A stretch of 64,000 nt of DNA from the NCBI GenBank assembly GCA_027923505.1, contig BROI01000011.1, positions 434,001 to 498,000 of the forward strand, written 5' to 3'. This DNA comes from Mayamaea pseudoterrestris (taxonomy: Eukaryota). The translations under genes and the position numbers were made by a program. Below the pieces are notes generated by a model. That model worked only from the letters and a program-made list of their open reading frames with translations. It had not been told where the DNA came from and searched no databases. Of this stretch, positions 12,701-24,600 are shown piece by piece; positions within the stretch are counted from its first letter, which is position 1, and each line of letters opens with the position of its first letter.

Positions 12701-13570
12701 CTTTTTGGCTGATTTTGGCGAAACTGTAAGCGGAGCTGCCTCGTCAAATGTCTTGTATTTGCCGTATGTAGGCGTTTTTGACGGTGACATGCCTTCCTCT
12801 CGCTCAGACGAACTTGCTTCCTCCACTATGGAAGGCTCACGATTCGCATTCGATCTCTCCAGTGGCTGCATGAGAGAAGCCATTTGTACCTTTGGCTTTG
12901 AAACCGTTGGCGCTGTATGCGGTGCAATATTTGATCGAAGAGTGGTCTTTGGCGATGTCGCGGCTGGCTTGAAGCCTAGTCCTTTGCTGACGAACATGGT
13001 TGGAACGGCAGCGCCTCCGAAAGCAGTAGTTCCGTTGAACTTCCGTCTAACATCGGATGGCTTTGGTGATAAGGCACTGTCTATACTGTTTGATCCGCCA
13101 ATGGTAGTCAAGTTGTCGCCACTAGTGTTGGATTCGCGCTCGAATTTGGAGTTGCTGTCTTGCAGTGATGGATCGTGGACATCGTCAGAAGATGCTTTCA
13201 CGTCTTCTTTGCTTTTACCGTTCCAAAATGTGAAACTGCTTCTCCTTCCGTGATCTGTCGCTCCCACTCTTCCACGACTTTGCTCCCCTTCCGTCGGAAG
13301 TGAGTCGATTGCATCGCTGGTCGACGAGGTGCGAGCGCCATCACCTTCTGCACACTCCTCTGAAAGTTTGTGAAAACTTCCATCAACCTGCTTATCAGGA
13401 CTAGCTGAAACTTTCAGTGATTTCTCTGGACTTGGTTTCGAGCTGGTCGTGTTTGCAGGCTTGTATCGCCCTCCTAGCTTCTGTAGGTCATTCTGTTGAT
13501 CGCGGCCTTTCTCTTTCCATTTTGAAAGAATTGAGCCAAATCTTGGCGCTGCCTCCTCTGAATCTTCCAT
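9776..13570 (-). CDS. Cyclic-nucleotide-regulated AGC kinase (PKG-like): long Ser/Pro-rich N-terminus, three cNMP-binding domains, kinase domain; 5 exons (13570..12029, 11961..10963, 10887..10531, 10443..10388, 10307..9776)
   Basis: Three cNMP motifs: FYIVKKGTV..SFGELSL, FYIIQEGSV..WFGESSL and FFVRKGEV..YFGD. Spliced kinase motifs: LGEGSFGQV, FALK, FRDLKPEN, IDFGFAK, TLCGTPGYLPPE, DHWSLG and the AGC tail HPWF...APWVP. All introns are GT-AG and in frame. Confidence 0.92.
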
Positions 13571-13725
13571 TCGTATTCACAACACTTTTCTATCAAATAT
13601 ATCTCGGACGCAAATAGTTAGGGGTCTCTAGACAACCCTGTGCAGTAGAAGGACCACGATCTGGTCGTTGTCCATCTCATGGCAGCAAGACAAGATGCAC
13701 CTGCGAGCTTGTGGAAGAATGACTG

Positions 13726-13733
13726 TGACGTCA
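13726..13733. promoter_or_regulatory. Palindromic TGACGTCA (CRE/bZIP-type, contains the aureochrome TGACGT box) about 160 bp upstream of the kinase ATG
   Basis: Exact TGACGTCA at 13726..13733; function is inferred only. Confidence 0.3.
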
Positions 13734-13805
13734 TAATCGAGTCATAACTCACTAATGTCTTAGCGTTACTTCGTTTCCGTCTTATCGTTACCCAATTTTT
13801 TGCTT

Positions 13806-13841
13806 TCGTATCGTACGTCGTACGTCGTACGTCGTAGACGA
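13806..13841. repeat. Short 7-bp tandem repeat (TCGTACG)n
   Basis: tcgta tcgtacg tcgtacg tcgtacg tcgtagacga, upstream of the kinase gene. Confidence 0.7.
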
Positions 13842-14898
13842 AAGTTGCTTCCAAGGTTCCAATCAATCCATCTCGCGAAATACTGTACGTCGTGTTTATT
13901 CGTCTCATTCAGTCATATGAAAGCATCTTTCTACTATAAAAGGCTGGTTTTAGCTGCTGCTAGTCTAGTTCAATCATCAGTTCTAGAACGACGTTGAGAG
14001 GACTCAAAACATGAACGAACCAAACGAACATGAAAGGAGCTGCGACAAGCAACAACATACAAGCTACAAGTACCAGCCAGCCGCGCGAACAATGCCTTAT
14101 TGAATGTAAAATACCGCACGAAACAGCAGAAATGGATCTTTGAAGATACAGCTTTAGAGCTCTGTAGCTGAAAAGCAAGCTACATCAACGCCTTCATGCG
14201 TCCCCCATGAAAGGAAAATGAAGCCATCATGGAGTGAAGCGGGAAGCGAAGATGCAACATAATGTGGATGCTATGGCGGTTATTTCTTTTCAAGGGCAAC
14301 ACTCATATCAGCCGCAAGACCTCTATGCTTTTGCATGCCCTGCATGCTTTTTGCCGTGTCAGTTTCGTTGGTTAACGCTGGAATGCTGGATGTACAGTAA
14401 ATCGATACTCGCGACGAAATTGTGCAGTGCAGTAGATCAGTATTGCAAACATCGTGAAATAGATCGTTTCCGTCTAGTATGAAGTATGAACGTCGTGGCG
14501 AAGCAGGAGAGAAGCCTAAAAGAACCTCTGTGCCGGTTTAGACGCTTCAACGGCTTTCAGCGATGTATAGCGAATGTTTTGCAGCTTATAGTGCGGCCAA
14601 GTGTGTCCCTAGGCGAAATGTTCTCCCATGAAATCGTTGCAAATAATTGTCACTCTAACAGGTAACGTGTGCGGATAGAAACTTCCGGCCAACGTGTGGC
14701 TTTCGTGCAATAAGCTGTCATATACGTTTTGATATCAACAACAGGTATCTGTTAACTTAACCAAACTATAATGTGAAAGCTATAGTGCAACAGACGTAAT
14801 GCCTGATGCACCAAACTCTTAGTAGAACTAATCATAAAGCATGTAGCAAGCGCTCTTTCAACATTCATCATCGACCAACTGCATCCAAACAAACAGAT

Positions 14899-15303
14899 TT
14901 AATAGTATCGGTCAAAATCCTGACGGGGTGCTGGAGGAGCTCCTTGAACATTAGCACCGCCTGGCCCAGTAACTTGAGTCGCCTTGCGTTTGCCATTCTG
15001 GTCGGTCTCAAGCTTGAACTCGACGGCTTCACCTTCCGCCAAGCTGCGGAATCCAGCAGCTTGAATTGCTGACTGGTGCACAAAGACGTCGGGACCGCCA
15101 TTATCGGGAACTACGAATCCAAACCCCTTGGTAGAGTCGAACCACTTGACTGTTCCAGTCTCAACATCACCGCCACTCATGTGCAGCTGCTGAAGCGATT
15201 GTCGGGAAGTTGAAGCTAGCGGCTGAACTACAAATGCCGATGCCGAAACAAGAGCAAAGATCAGGACGAGAATGGGAGACTTGAGGAGTTGACGAAAAGA
15301 CAT
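14899..15303 (-). CDS. Plastid-targeted cold-shock domain (CSD) protein
   Basis: [28 protein letters not shown] is a signal peptide with an ASAF-type cleavage motif followed by a transit peptide. Then [15 protein letters not shown] (RNP1), DVFVHQSAI (RNP2) and [13 protein letters not shown]...[10 protein letters not shown]. Confidence 0.93.
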   Translation of the reverse strand: MSFRQLLKSPILVLIFALVSASAFVVQPLASTSRQSLQQLHMSGGDVETGTVKWFDSTKGFGFVVPDNGGPDVFVHQSAIQAAGFRSLAEGEAVEFKLETDQNGKRKATQVTGPGGANVQGAPPAPRQDFDRYY

Positions 15304-15650
15304 GTTCAAGAAAAGTGCAGAGAGTAATGCAAACTAATGGCTACTAACAAGAGAGAGAAGTGGCTTTGCCGTCTGTCCCATTGAGGGTGAAGCTGATGGC
15401 AGTTTTCCGTCTCGCGAGAGACGCATGTCCTTTGTGTGGCCGTCGACAACGCAACGTCTGTATGCGTCCGTAGACAGCTGCTCTTGAGCTTTCACTACCT
15501 GTATTGGCTATGGTGTACTCCGTACATGTTCCTACCGGAACAAACATCATAGTTCTTTTGTGTGCTTGTAGTTTGTCAAAATTTGATTTGTACATAATGG
15601 TACTTTATTGAAGAATACATATTGCGTGTTTCTATGTACTAATGAGTTGT

Positions 15651-18600
15651 TTAAGGCAACCACATGGCAATAGCCAGTAAGTATGATCGGAACCGACCTG
15701 AGGTTTTGCTCTTCTTGTGAATTTGAATATTTTCACTCTTGCTTGTGCTTTTAAAATGCTTTGGAGAACTCTTATGTGGTATCCTCATCCCATTGTTTTC
15801 CTTCTCACCTTTGTGGATAAAGTAGCTAGATGCAAAATATCCTTTACCACCTTTTGATCCATGTCCACTGATACCAATGCCTTTGGATCCCTTCATGCCT
15901 CTTGGGCCTGATGTGTTGCCTTTTCCTTTGTGACTGTAAGCCCATCCATTAAAACCTTTTGAGTGCTTTGCCCTCTTGACACCTTTTGAGTGCTCAGACC
16001 ACTTGCCCCCTTTTGAGTGCTTGTAGCCCTTTGAACTCTTTGACCCTTTAACATCCTTGATGCCCATGCCCATGGCCATGCTCATTTTCATTACCTGCAT
16101 CATCTTCATTGTGTTCATCCGCATCATGTTGTGTGATGGCCGCAAGCCTGGAGGCCTGCGGACAGGGGACATGGGGGGTCTCATCATACGCATCATATTC
16201 ATCATGTTACCCATACCACCCATATTCATATTCATGGACATTTCATTACTAGATGGTCTTCTGCTTGGTTGAACCGGCTGTACTGGTGTTGGTTGTAGAA
16301 CAGGCACAGAGCTTGGTGAATTTGTGAAAGGTGACCTAATGCTGGGTTGTCCACTGGATGTAATTGTTGGAACAATAGACAAGTTAAGCAAAGTGGTAGA
16401 AGGAGCAACGCTGGATGGTCCATTGAGTGCTGCACTAGGTAAAATGCTTGGAACCTTGCTTGGCAAGGCACTGGGAGCATTCACAGCGGGTTGGGCGCTT
16501 GGCACCTTGCTCGGCAAGGCACTGGGAGCATTCACAGCGGGTTGGGCGCTTGGCACCTTGCTCGGCAAGGCACTGGGAGCATTCACAGCTGGTTGGGCGC
16601 TTGGCACCTTGCTCGGCAAGGCACTGGGAGCATTCACAGCTGGTTGAGCGCTTGGCACCTTGCTCGGCAAGGCACTGGGAGCATTCACAGCTGGTTGGGC
16701 GCTTGGCACCTTGCTCGGCAAGGCACTGGGAGCATTCACAGCTGGTTGGGCGCTTGGCACCTTGCTCGGCAAGGCACTGGGAGCATTCACAGGTGGATCG
16801 CTTGGCACCTTGCTCGGCAAGGCACTGGGAGCATTCACAGCTGGTTGGGCGCTTGGCACCTTGCTCGGCAAGGCACTGGGAGCATTCACAGCTGGTTGGG
16901 CGCTTGGCACCTTGCTCGGCAAGGCACTGGGAGCATTCACAGCTGGTTGGGCGCTTGGCACCTTGCTCGGCAAGGCACTGGGAGCATTCACAGCTGGTTG
17001 GGCGCTTGGCACCTTGCTCGGCAAGGCACTGGGAGCATTCACAGCTGGTTGGGTGCTTGGCACCTTGCTCGGCAAGGCACTGGGAGCATTCACAGCTGGT
17101 TGGGCGCTTGGCACCTTGCTCGGCAAGGCACTGGGAGCATTCACAGCTGGTTGGGCGCTTGGCACCTTGCTCGGCAAGGCACTGGGAGCATTCACAGCTG
17201 GTTGGGCGCTTGGCACCTTGCTCGGCAAGGCACTGGGAGCATTCACAGCTGGTTGGGCGCTTGGCACCTTGCTCGGCAAGGCACTGGGAGCATTCACAGC
17301 TGGTTGGGCGCTTGGCACCTTGCTCGGCAAGGCACTGGGAGCATTCACAGCTGGTTGGGCGCTTGGCACCTTGCTCGGCAAGGCACTGGGAGCATTCACA
17401 GCTGGTTGGGCGCTTGGCACCTTGCTCGGCAAGGCACTGGGAGCATTCACAGCTGGTTGGGCGCTTGGCACCTTGCTCGGCAAGGCACTGGGAGCATTCA
17501 CAGCTGGTTGGGCGCTTGGCACCTTGCTCGGCAAGGCACTGGGAGCATTCACAGCTGGTTGGGCGCTTGGCACCTTGCTCGGCAAGGCACTGGGAGCATT
17601 CACAGCTGGTTGGGCGCTTGGCACCTTGCTCGGCAAGGCACTGGGAGCATTCACAGCTGGTTGGGCGCTTGGCACCTTGCTCGGCAAGGCACTGGGAGCA
17701 TTCACAGCTGGTTGGGCGCTTGGCACCTTGCAGGCACTGGGAGCATTCACAGCTGGTTGGGGCTGCTTGCTCGGCAAGGCACTGGGAGCATTCACAGCTG
17801 GTTGGGCGCTTGGCACCTTGCTCGGCAAGGCACTGGGAGCATTCACAGCTGGTTGGGCGCTTGGCACCTTGCTCGGCAAGGCACTGGGAGCATTCACAGC
17901 TGGTTGGGCGCTTGGCACCTTGCTCGGCAAGGCACTGGGAGCATTCACAGCTGGTTGGGCGCTTGGCACCTTGCTCGGCAAGGCACTGGGAGCATTCACA
18001 GCTGGTTGGGCGCTTGGCACCTTGCTCGGCAAGGCACTGGGAGCATTCACAGCTGGTTGGGCGCTTGGCACCTTGCTCGGCAAGGCACTGGGAGCATTCA
18101 CAGCTGGTTGGGCGCTTGGCACCTTGCTCGGCAAGGCACTGGGAGCATTCACAGCTGGTTGGGCGCTTGGCACCTTGCTCGGCAAGGCACTGGGAGCATT
18201 CACAGCTGGTTGGGCGCTTGGCACCTTGCTCGGCAAGGCACTGGGAGCATTCACAGCTGGTTGGGCGCTTGGCACCTTGCTCGGCAAGGCACTGGGAGCA
18301 TTCACAGCTGGTTGGGCGCTTGGCACCTTGCTCGGCAAGGCACTGGGAGCATTCACAGCTGGTTGGGCGCTTGGCACCTTGCTCGGCAAGGCACTGGGAG
18401 CATTCACAGCTGGTTGGGCGCTTGGCACCTTGCTCGGCAAGGCACTGGGAGCATTCACAGCTGGTTGGGCGCTTGGCACCTTGCTCGGCAAGGCACTGGG
18501 AGCATTCACAGCTGGTTGGGCACTTGGCACCTTGCTCGGCAAGGCACTGGGAGCATTCACAGCTGGTTGGGCGCTTGGCACCTTGCTCGGCAAGGCACTG

Positions 18601-21600
18601 GGAGCATTCACAGCTGGTTGGGCGCTTGGCACCTTGCTCGGCAAGGCACTGGGAGCATTCACAGCTGGTTGGGCGCTTGGCACCTTGCTCGGCAAGGCAC
18701 TGGGAGCATTCACAGCTGGTTGGGCGCTTGGCACCTTGCTCGGCAAGGCACTGGGAGCATTCACAGCTGGTTGGGCGCTTGGCACCTTGCTCGGCAAGGC
18801 ACTGGGAGCATTCACAGCTGGTTGGGCGCTTGGCACCTTGCTCGGCAAGGCACTGGGAGCACACTGGGGCGAGCATTCACAGCTGGTTGGGCGCTTGGCA
18901 CCTTGCTCGGCAAGGCACTGGGAGCATTCACAGCTGGTTGAGCGCTTGGCACCTTGCTCGGCAAGGCACTGGGAGCATTCACAGCTGGTTGGGCGCTTGG
19001 CACCTTGCTCGGCAAGGCACTGGGAGCATTCACAGCTGGTTGGGCGCTTGGCACCTTGCTCAGCACTCGGGCTGCTCTCGGCAAGGCACTGGGAGCATTC
19101 ACAGCTGGTTGAGCGCTTGGCACCTTGCTCGGCAAGGCACTGGGAGCATTCACAGCTGGTTGGGCGCTTGGCACCTTGCTCGGCAAGGCACTGGGAGCAT
19201 TCACAGCTGGTTGAGCGCTTGGCACCTTGCTCGGCAAGGCACTGGGAGCATTCACAGCTGGTTGGGCGCTTGGCACCTTGCTCGGCAAGGCACTGGGAGC
19301 ATTCACAGCTGGTTGAGCGCTTGGAACCTTGCTCGGCAAGGCACTGGGAGCATTCACAGCTGGTTGAGCGCTTGGAACCTTGCTCGGCAAGGCACTGGGA
19401 GCATTCACAGCTGGTTGAGCGCTTGGAACCTTGCTCGGCAAGGCACTGGGAGCATCCACTGGTTGAGCGCTTGGAACCTTGCTCGGCAAGGCACTGGGAG
19501 CATCCACTGGTTGAGCGCTTGGAACCTTGCTCGGCAAGGCACTGGGAGCATCCACTGGTTGAGCGCTTGGAACCTTGCTCGGCAAGGCACTGGGAGCATC
19601 CACTGGTTGAGCGCTTGGAACCTTGCTCGGCAAGGCACTGGGAGCATCCACTGGTTGAGCGCTTGGAACCTTGCTCGGCAAGGCACTGGGAGCATCCACT
19701 GGTTGAGCGCTTGGAACCTTGCTCGGCAAGGCACTGGGAGCATCCACTGGTTGAGCGCTTGGAACCTTGCTCGGCAAGGCACTGGGAGCATCCACTGGTT
19801 GAGCGCTTGGAACCTTGCTCGGCAAGGCACTGGGAGCATCCACTGGTTGAGCGCTTGGAACCTTGCTCGGCAAGGCACTGGGAGCATCCACTGGTTGAGC
19901 GCTTGGAACCTTGCTCGGCAAGGCACTGGGAGCATCCACTGGTTGAGCGCTTGGAACCTTGCTCGGCAAGGCACTGGGAGCATCCACTGGTTGAGCGCTT
20001 GGAACCTTGCTCGGCAAGGCACTGGGAGCATCCACTGGTTGAGCGCTTGGAACCTTGCTCGGCAAGGCACTGGGAGCATCCACTGGTTGAGCGCTTGGAA
20101 CCTTGCTCGGCAAGGCACTGGGAGCATCCACTGGTTGAGCGCTTGGAACCTTGCTCGGCAAGGCACTGGGAGCATCCACTGGTTGAGCGCTTGGAACCTT
20201 GCTCGGCAAGGCACTGGGAGCATCCACTGGTTGAGCGCTTGGAACCTTGCTCGGCAAGGCACTGGGAGCATCCACTGGTTGAGCGCTTGGAACCTTGCTC
20301 GGCAAGGCACTGGGAGCATCCACTGGTTGAGCGCTTGGAACCTTGCTCGGCAAGGCACTGGGAGCATCCACTGGTTGAGCGCTTGGAACCTTGCTCGGCA
20401 AGGCACTGGGAGCATCCACTGGTTGAGCACTTGGAACCTTGCTCGGCAAGGCACTGGGAGCATCCACTGGTTGAGCGCTTGGAACCTTGCTCGGCAAGGC
20501 ACTGGGAGCATCCACTGGTTGAGCGCTTGGAACCTTGCTCGGCAAGGCACTGGGAGCATCCACTGGTTGAGCGCTTGGAACCTTGCTCGGCAAGGCACTG
20601 GGAGCATCCACTGGTTGAGCGCTTGGAACCTTGCTCGGCAAGGCACTGGGAGCATCCACTGGTTGAGCGCTTGGAACCTTGCTCGGCAAGGCACTGGGAG
20701 CATCCACTGGTTGAGCGCTTGGAACCTTGCTCGGCAAGGCACTGGGAGCATCCACTGGTTGAGCGCTTGGAACCTTGCTCGGCAAGGCACTGGGAGCATC
20801 CACTGGTTGAGCGCTTGGAACCTTGCTCGGCAAGGCACTGGGAGCATCCACTGGTTGAGCGCTTGGAACCTTGCTCGGCAAGGCACTGGGAGCATCCACT
20901 GGTTGAGCGCTTGGAACCTTGCTCGGCAAGGCACTGGGAGCATCACCTGGTTGAGCGCTTGGAACCTTGCTCGGCAAGGCACTGGGAGCATCCACAGCTG
21001 GTTGAGCGCTTGGAACCTTGCTCGGCAAGGCACTGGGAGCATCCACTGGTTGAGCGCTTGGAACCTTGCTCGGCAAGGCACTGGGAGCATCCACTGGTTG
21101 AGCGCTTGGAACCTTGCTCGGCAAGGCACTGGGAGCATCCACTGGTTGAGCGCTTGGAACCTTGCTTGGCAAGGCACTGGGAGCATCCACAGCTGGTTGA
21201 GCGCTTGGAACCTTGCTCGGCAAGGCACTGGGAGCATCCAAAGCTGGTTGAGCGCTTGGAACCTTGCTCGGCAAGGCACTGGGAGCATCCACAGCTGGTT
21301 GAGCGCTTGGAACCTTGCTCGGCAAGGCACTGGGAGCATCCACAGCTGGTTGAGCGCTTGGAACCTTGCTCGGCAAGGCACTGGGAGCATCCACAGCTGG
21401 TTGAGCGCTTGGAACCTTGCTCGGCAAGGCACTGGGAGCATCCACAGCTGGTTGAGCGCTTGGAACCTTGCTCGGCAAGGCACTGGGAGCATCCACAGCT
21501 GGTTGAGCGCTTGGAACCTTGCTCGGCAAGGCACTGGGAGCATCCACAGCTGGTTGAGCGCTTGGAACCTTGCTCGGCAAGGCACTGGGAGCATCCACAG

Positions 21601-24600
21601 CTGGTTGAGCGCTTGGAACCTTGCTCGGCAAGGCACTGGGAGCATCCACTGGTTGAGCGCTTGGAACCTTGCTCGGCAAGGCACTGGGAGCATCCACTGG
21701 TTGAGCGCTTGGAACCTTGCTCGGCAAGGCACTGGGAGCATCCACAGCTGGTTGAGCGCTTGGAACCTTGCTCGGCAAGGCACTGGGAGCATCCACAGCT
21801 GGTTGAGCGCTTGGAACCTTGCTCGGCAAGGCACTGGGAGCATCCACAGCTGGTTGAGCGCTTGGAACCTTGCTCGGCAAGGCACTGGGAGCATCCACTG
21901 GTTGAGCGCTTGGAACCTTGCTCGGCAAGGCACTGGGAGCATCCACTGGTTGGTCGCTTGGAACCTTGCTTGGCAAGGCACTGGGAGCATCCACTGGTTG
22001 AGCGCTTGGAACCTTGCTCGGCAAGGCACTGGGAGCATCCACTGGTTGAGCGCTTGGAACCTTGCTCGGCAAGGCACTGGGAGCATCCACTGGTTGAGCG
22101 CTTGGAACCTTGCTCGGCAAGGCACTGGGAGCATCCACTGGTTGAGCGCTTGGAACCTTGCTCGGCAAGGCACTGGGAGCATCCACTGGTTGAGCGCTTG
22201 GAACCTTGCTCGGCAAGGCACTGGGAGCATCCACTGGTTGAGCGCTTGGAACCTTGCTCGGCAAGGCACTGGGAGCATCCACTGGTTGAGCGCTTGGAAC
22301 CTTGCTCGGCAAGGCACTGGGAGCATCCACTGGTTGAGCGCTTGGAACCTTGCTCAGCAAGGCACTGGGAGCATCCACTGGTTGAGCGCTTGGAACCTTG
22401 CTCGGCAAGGCACTGGGAGCATCCACTGGTTGAGCGCTTGGAACCTTGCTCGGCAAGGCACTGGGAGCATCCACTGGTTGAGCGCTTGGAACCTTGCTCC
22501 GGCAAGGCACTGGGAGCATCCACTGGTTGAGCGCTTGGAACCTTGCTCGGCAAGGCACTGGGAGCATCCACTGGTTGAGCGCTTGGAACCTTGCTCGGCA
22601 AGGCACTGGGAGCATCCACTGGTTGAGCGCTTGGAACCTTGCTCGGCAAGGCACTGGGAGCATCCACTGGTTGAGCGCTTGGAACCTTGCTCGGCAAGGC
22701 ACTGGGAGCATCCACTGGTTGAGCGCTTGGAACCTTGCTCGGCAAGGCACTGGGAGCATCCACTGGTTGAGCGCTTGGAACCTTGCTCGGCAAGGCACTG
22801 GGAGCATCCACTGGTTGAGCGCTTGGAACCTTGCTCGGCAAGGCACTGGGAGCATCCACTGGTTGAGCGCTTGGAACCTTGCTCGGCAAGGCACTGGGAG
22901 CATCCACTGGTTGAGCGCTTGGAACCTTGCTCGGCAAGGCACTGGGAGCATCCACTGGTTGAGCGCTTGGAACCTTGCTCGGCAAGGCACTGGGAGCATC
23001 CACTGGTTGAGCGCTTGGAACCTTGCTCGGCAAGGCACTGGGAGCATCCACCACTGGTTGAGCGCTTGGAACCTTGCTCGGCAAGGCACTGGGAGCATCC
23101 ACAGCTGGTTGAGCGCTTGGAACCTTGCTCGGCAAGGCACTGGGAGCATCCACTGGTTGAGCGCTTGGAACCTTGCTCGGCAAGGCACTGGGAGCATTCA
23201 CAGCTGGTTGAGCGCTTGGAACCTTGCTTGGCAAGGCACTGGGAGCATCCACTGGTTGAGCGCTTGGAACCTTGCTCGGCAAGGCACTGGGAGCATCCAC
23301 TGGTTGAGCGCTTGGAACCTTGCTCGGCAAGGCACTGGGAGCATCCACTGGTTGAGCGCTTGGAACCTTGCTCGGCAAGGCACTGGGAGCATCCACTGGT
23401 TGAGCGCTTGGAACCTTGCTCGGCAAGGCACTGGGAGCATCCACTGGTTGAGCGCTTGGAACCTTGCTCGGCAAGGCACTGGGAGCATCCACTGGTTGAG
23501 CGCTTGGAACCTTGCTCGGCAAGGCACTGGGAGCATCCACTGGTTGAGCGCTTGGAACCTTGCTCGGCAAGGCACTGGGAGCATCCACTGGTTGAGCGCT
23601 TGGAACCTTGCTCGGCAAGGCACTGGGAGCATCCACTGGTTGAGCGCTTGGAACCTTGCTCGGCAAGGCACTGGGAGCATCCACTGGTTGAGCGCTTGGA
23701 ACCTTGCTCGGCAAGGCACTGGGAGCATCCACTGGTTGAGCGCTTGGAACCTTGCTCGGCAAGGCACTGGGAGCATCCACTGGTTGAGCGCTTGGAACCT
23801 TGCTCGGCAAGGCACTGGGAGCATCCACTGGTTGAGCGCTTGGAACCTTGCTCGGCAAGGCAGTGGGGGCATCCACTGGTTGAGCGCTTGGAACCTTGCT
23901 CGGCAAGGCACTGGGAGCATCCACTGGTTGAGCGCTTGGAACCTTGCTCGGCAAGGCACTGGGAGCATCCACTGGTTGAGCGCTTGGAACCTTGCTCGGC
24001 AAGGCACTGGGAGCATCCACTGGTTGAGCGCTTGGAACCTTGCTCGGCAAGGCACTGGGAGCATCCACTGGTTGAGCGCTTGGAACCTTGCTCGGCAAGG
24101 CACTGGGAGCATCCACTGGTTGAGCGCTTGGAACCTTGCTCGGCAAGGCACTGGGAGCATCCACTGGTTGAGCGCTTGGAACCTTGCTCGGCAAGGCACT
24201 GGGAGCATCCACTGGTTGAGCGCTTGGAACCTTGCTCGGCAAGGCACTGGGAGCATCCACAGCTGGTTGAGCGCTTGGAACCTTGCTCGGCAAGGCACTG
24301 GGAGCATCCACAGCTGGTTGAGCGCTTGGAACCTTGCTCGGCAAGGCACTGGGATCATGCCCTGGTTGAGCGCTTGGAACCTTGCTCGGCAAGGCACTGG
24401 GAGCATCCACTGGTTGAGCGCTTGGAACCTTGCTCGGCAAGGCACTGGGAGCATCCACTGGTTGAGCGCTTGGAACCTTGCTCGGCAAGGCACTGGGAGC
24501 ATCCACTGGTTGAGCGCTTGGAACCTTGCTCGGCAAGGCACTGGGAGCATCCACTGGTTGAGCGCTTGGAACCTTGCTCGGCAAGGCACTGGGAGCATCC

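Noticed and set aside
256..15595. Short ORFs overlapping or between the called genes on other frames or strands (e.g. 12594..13253 +, 2613..3041 -, 6640..7008 -)
   Set aside because: They are shadow ORFs of well-supported genes or short intergenic ORFs with no motifs.
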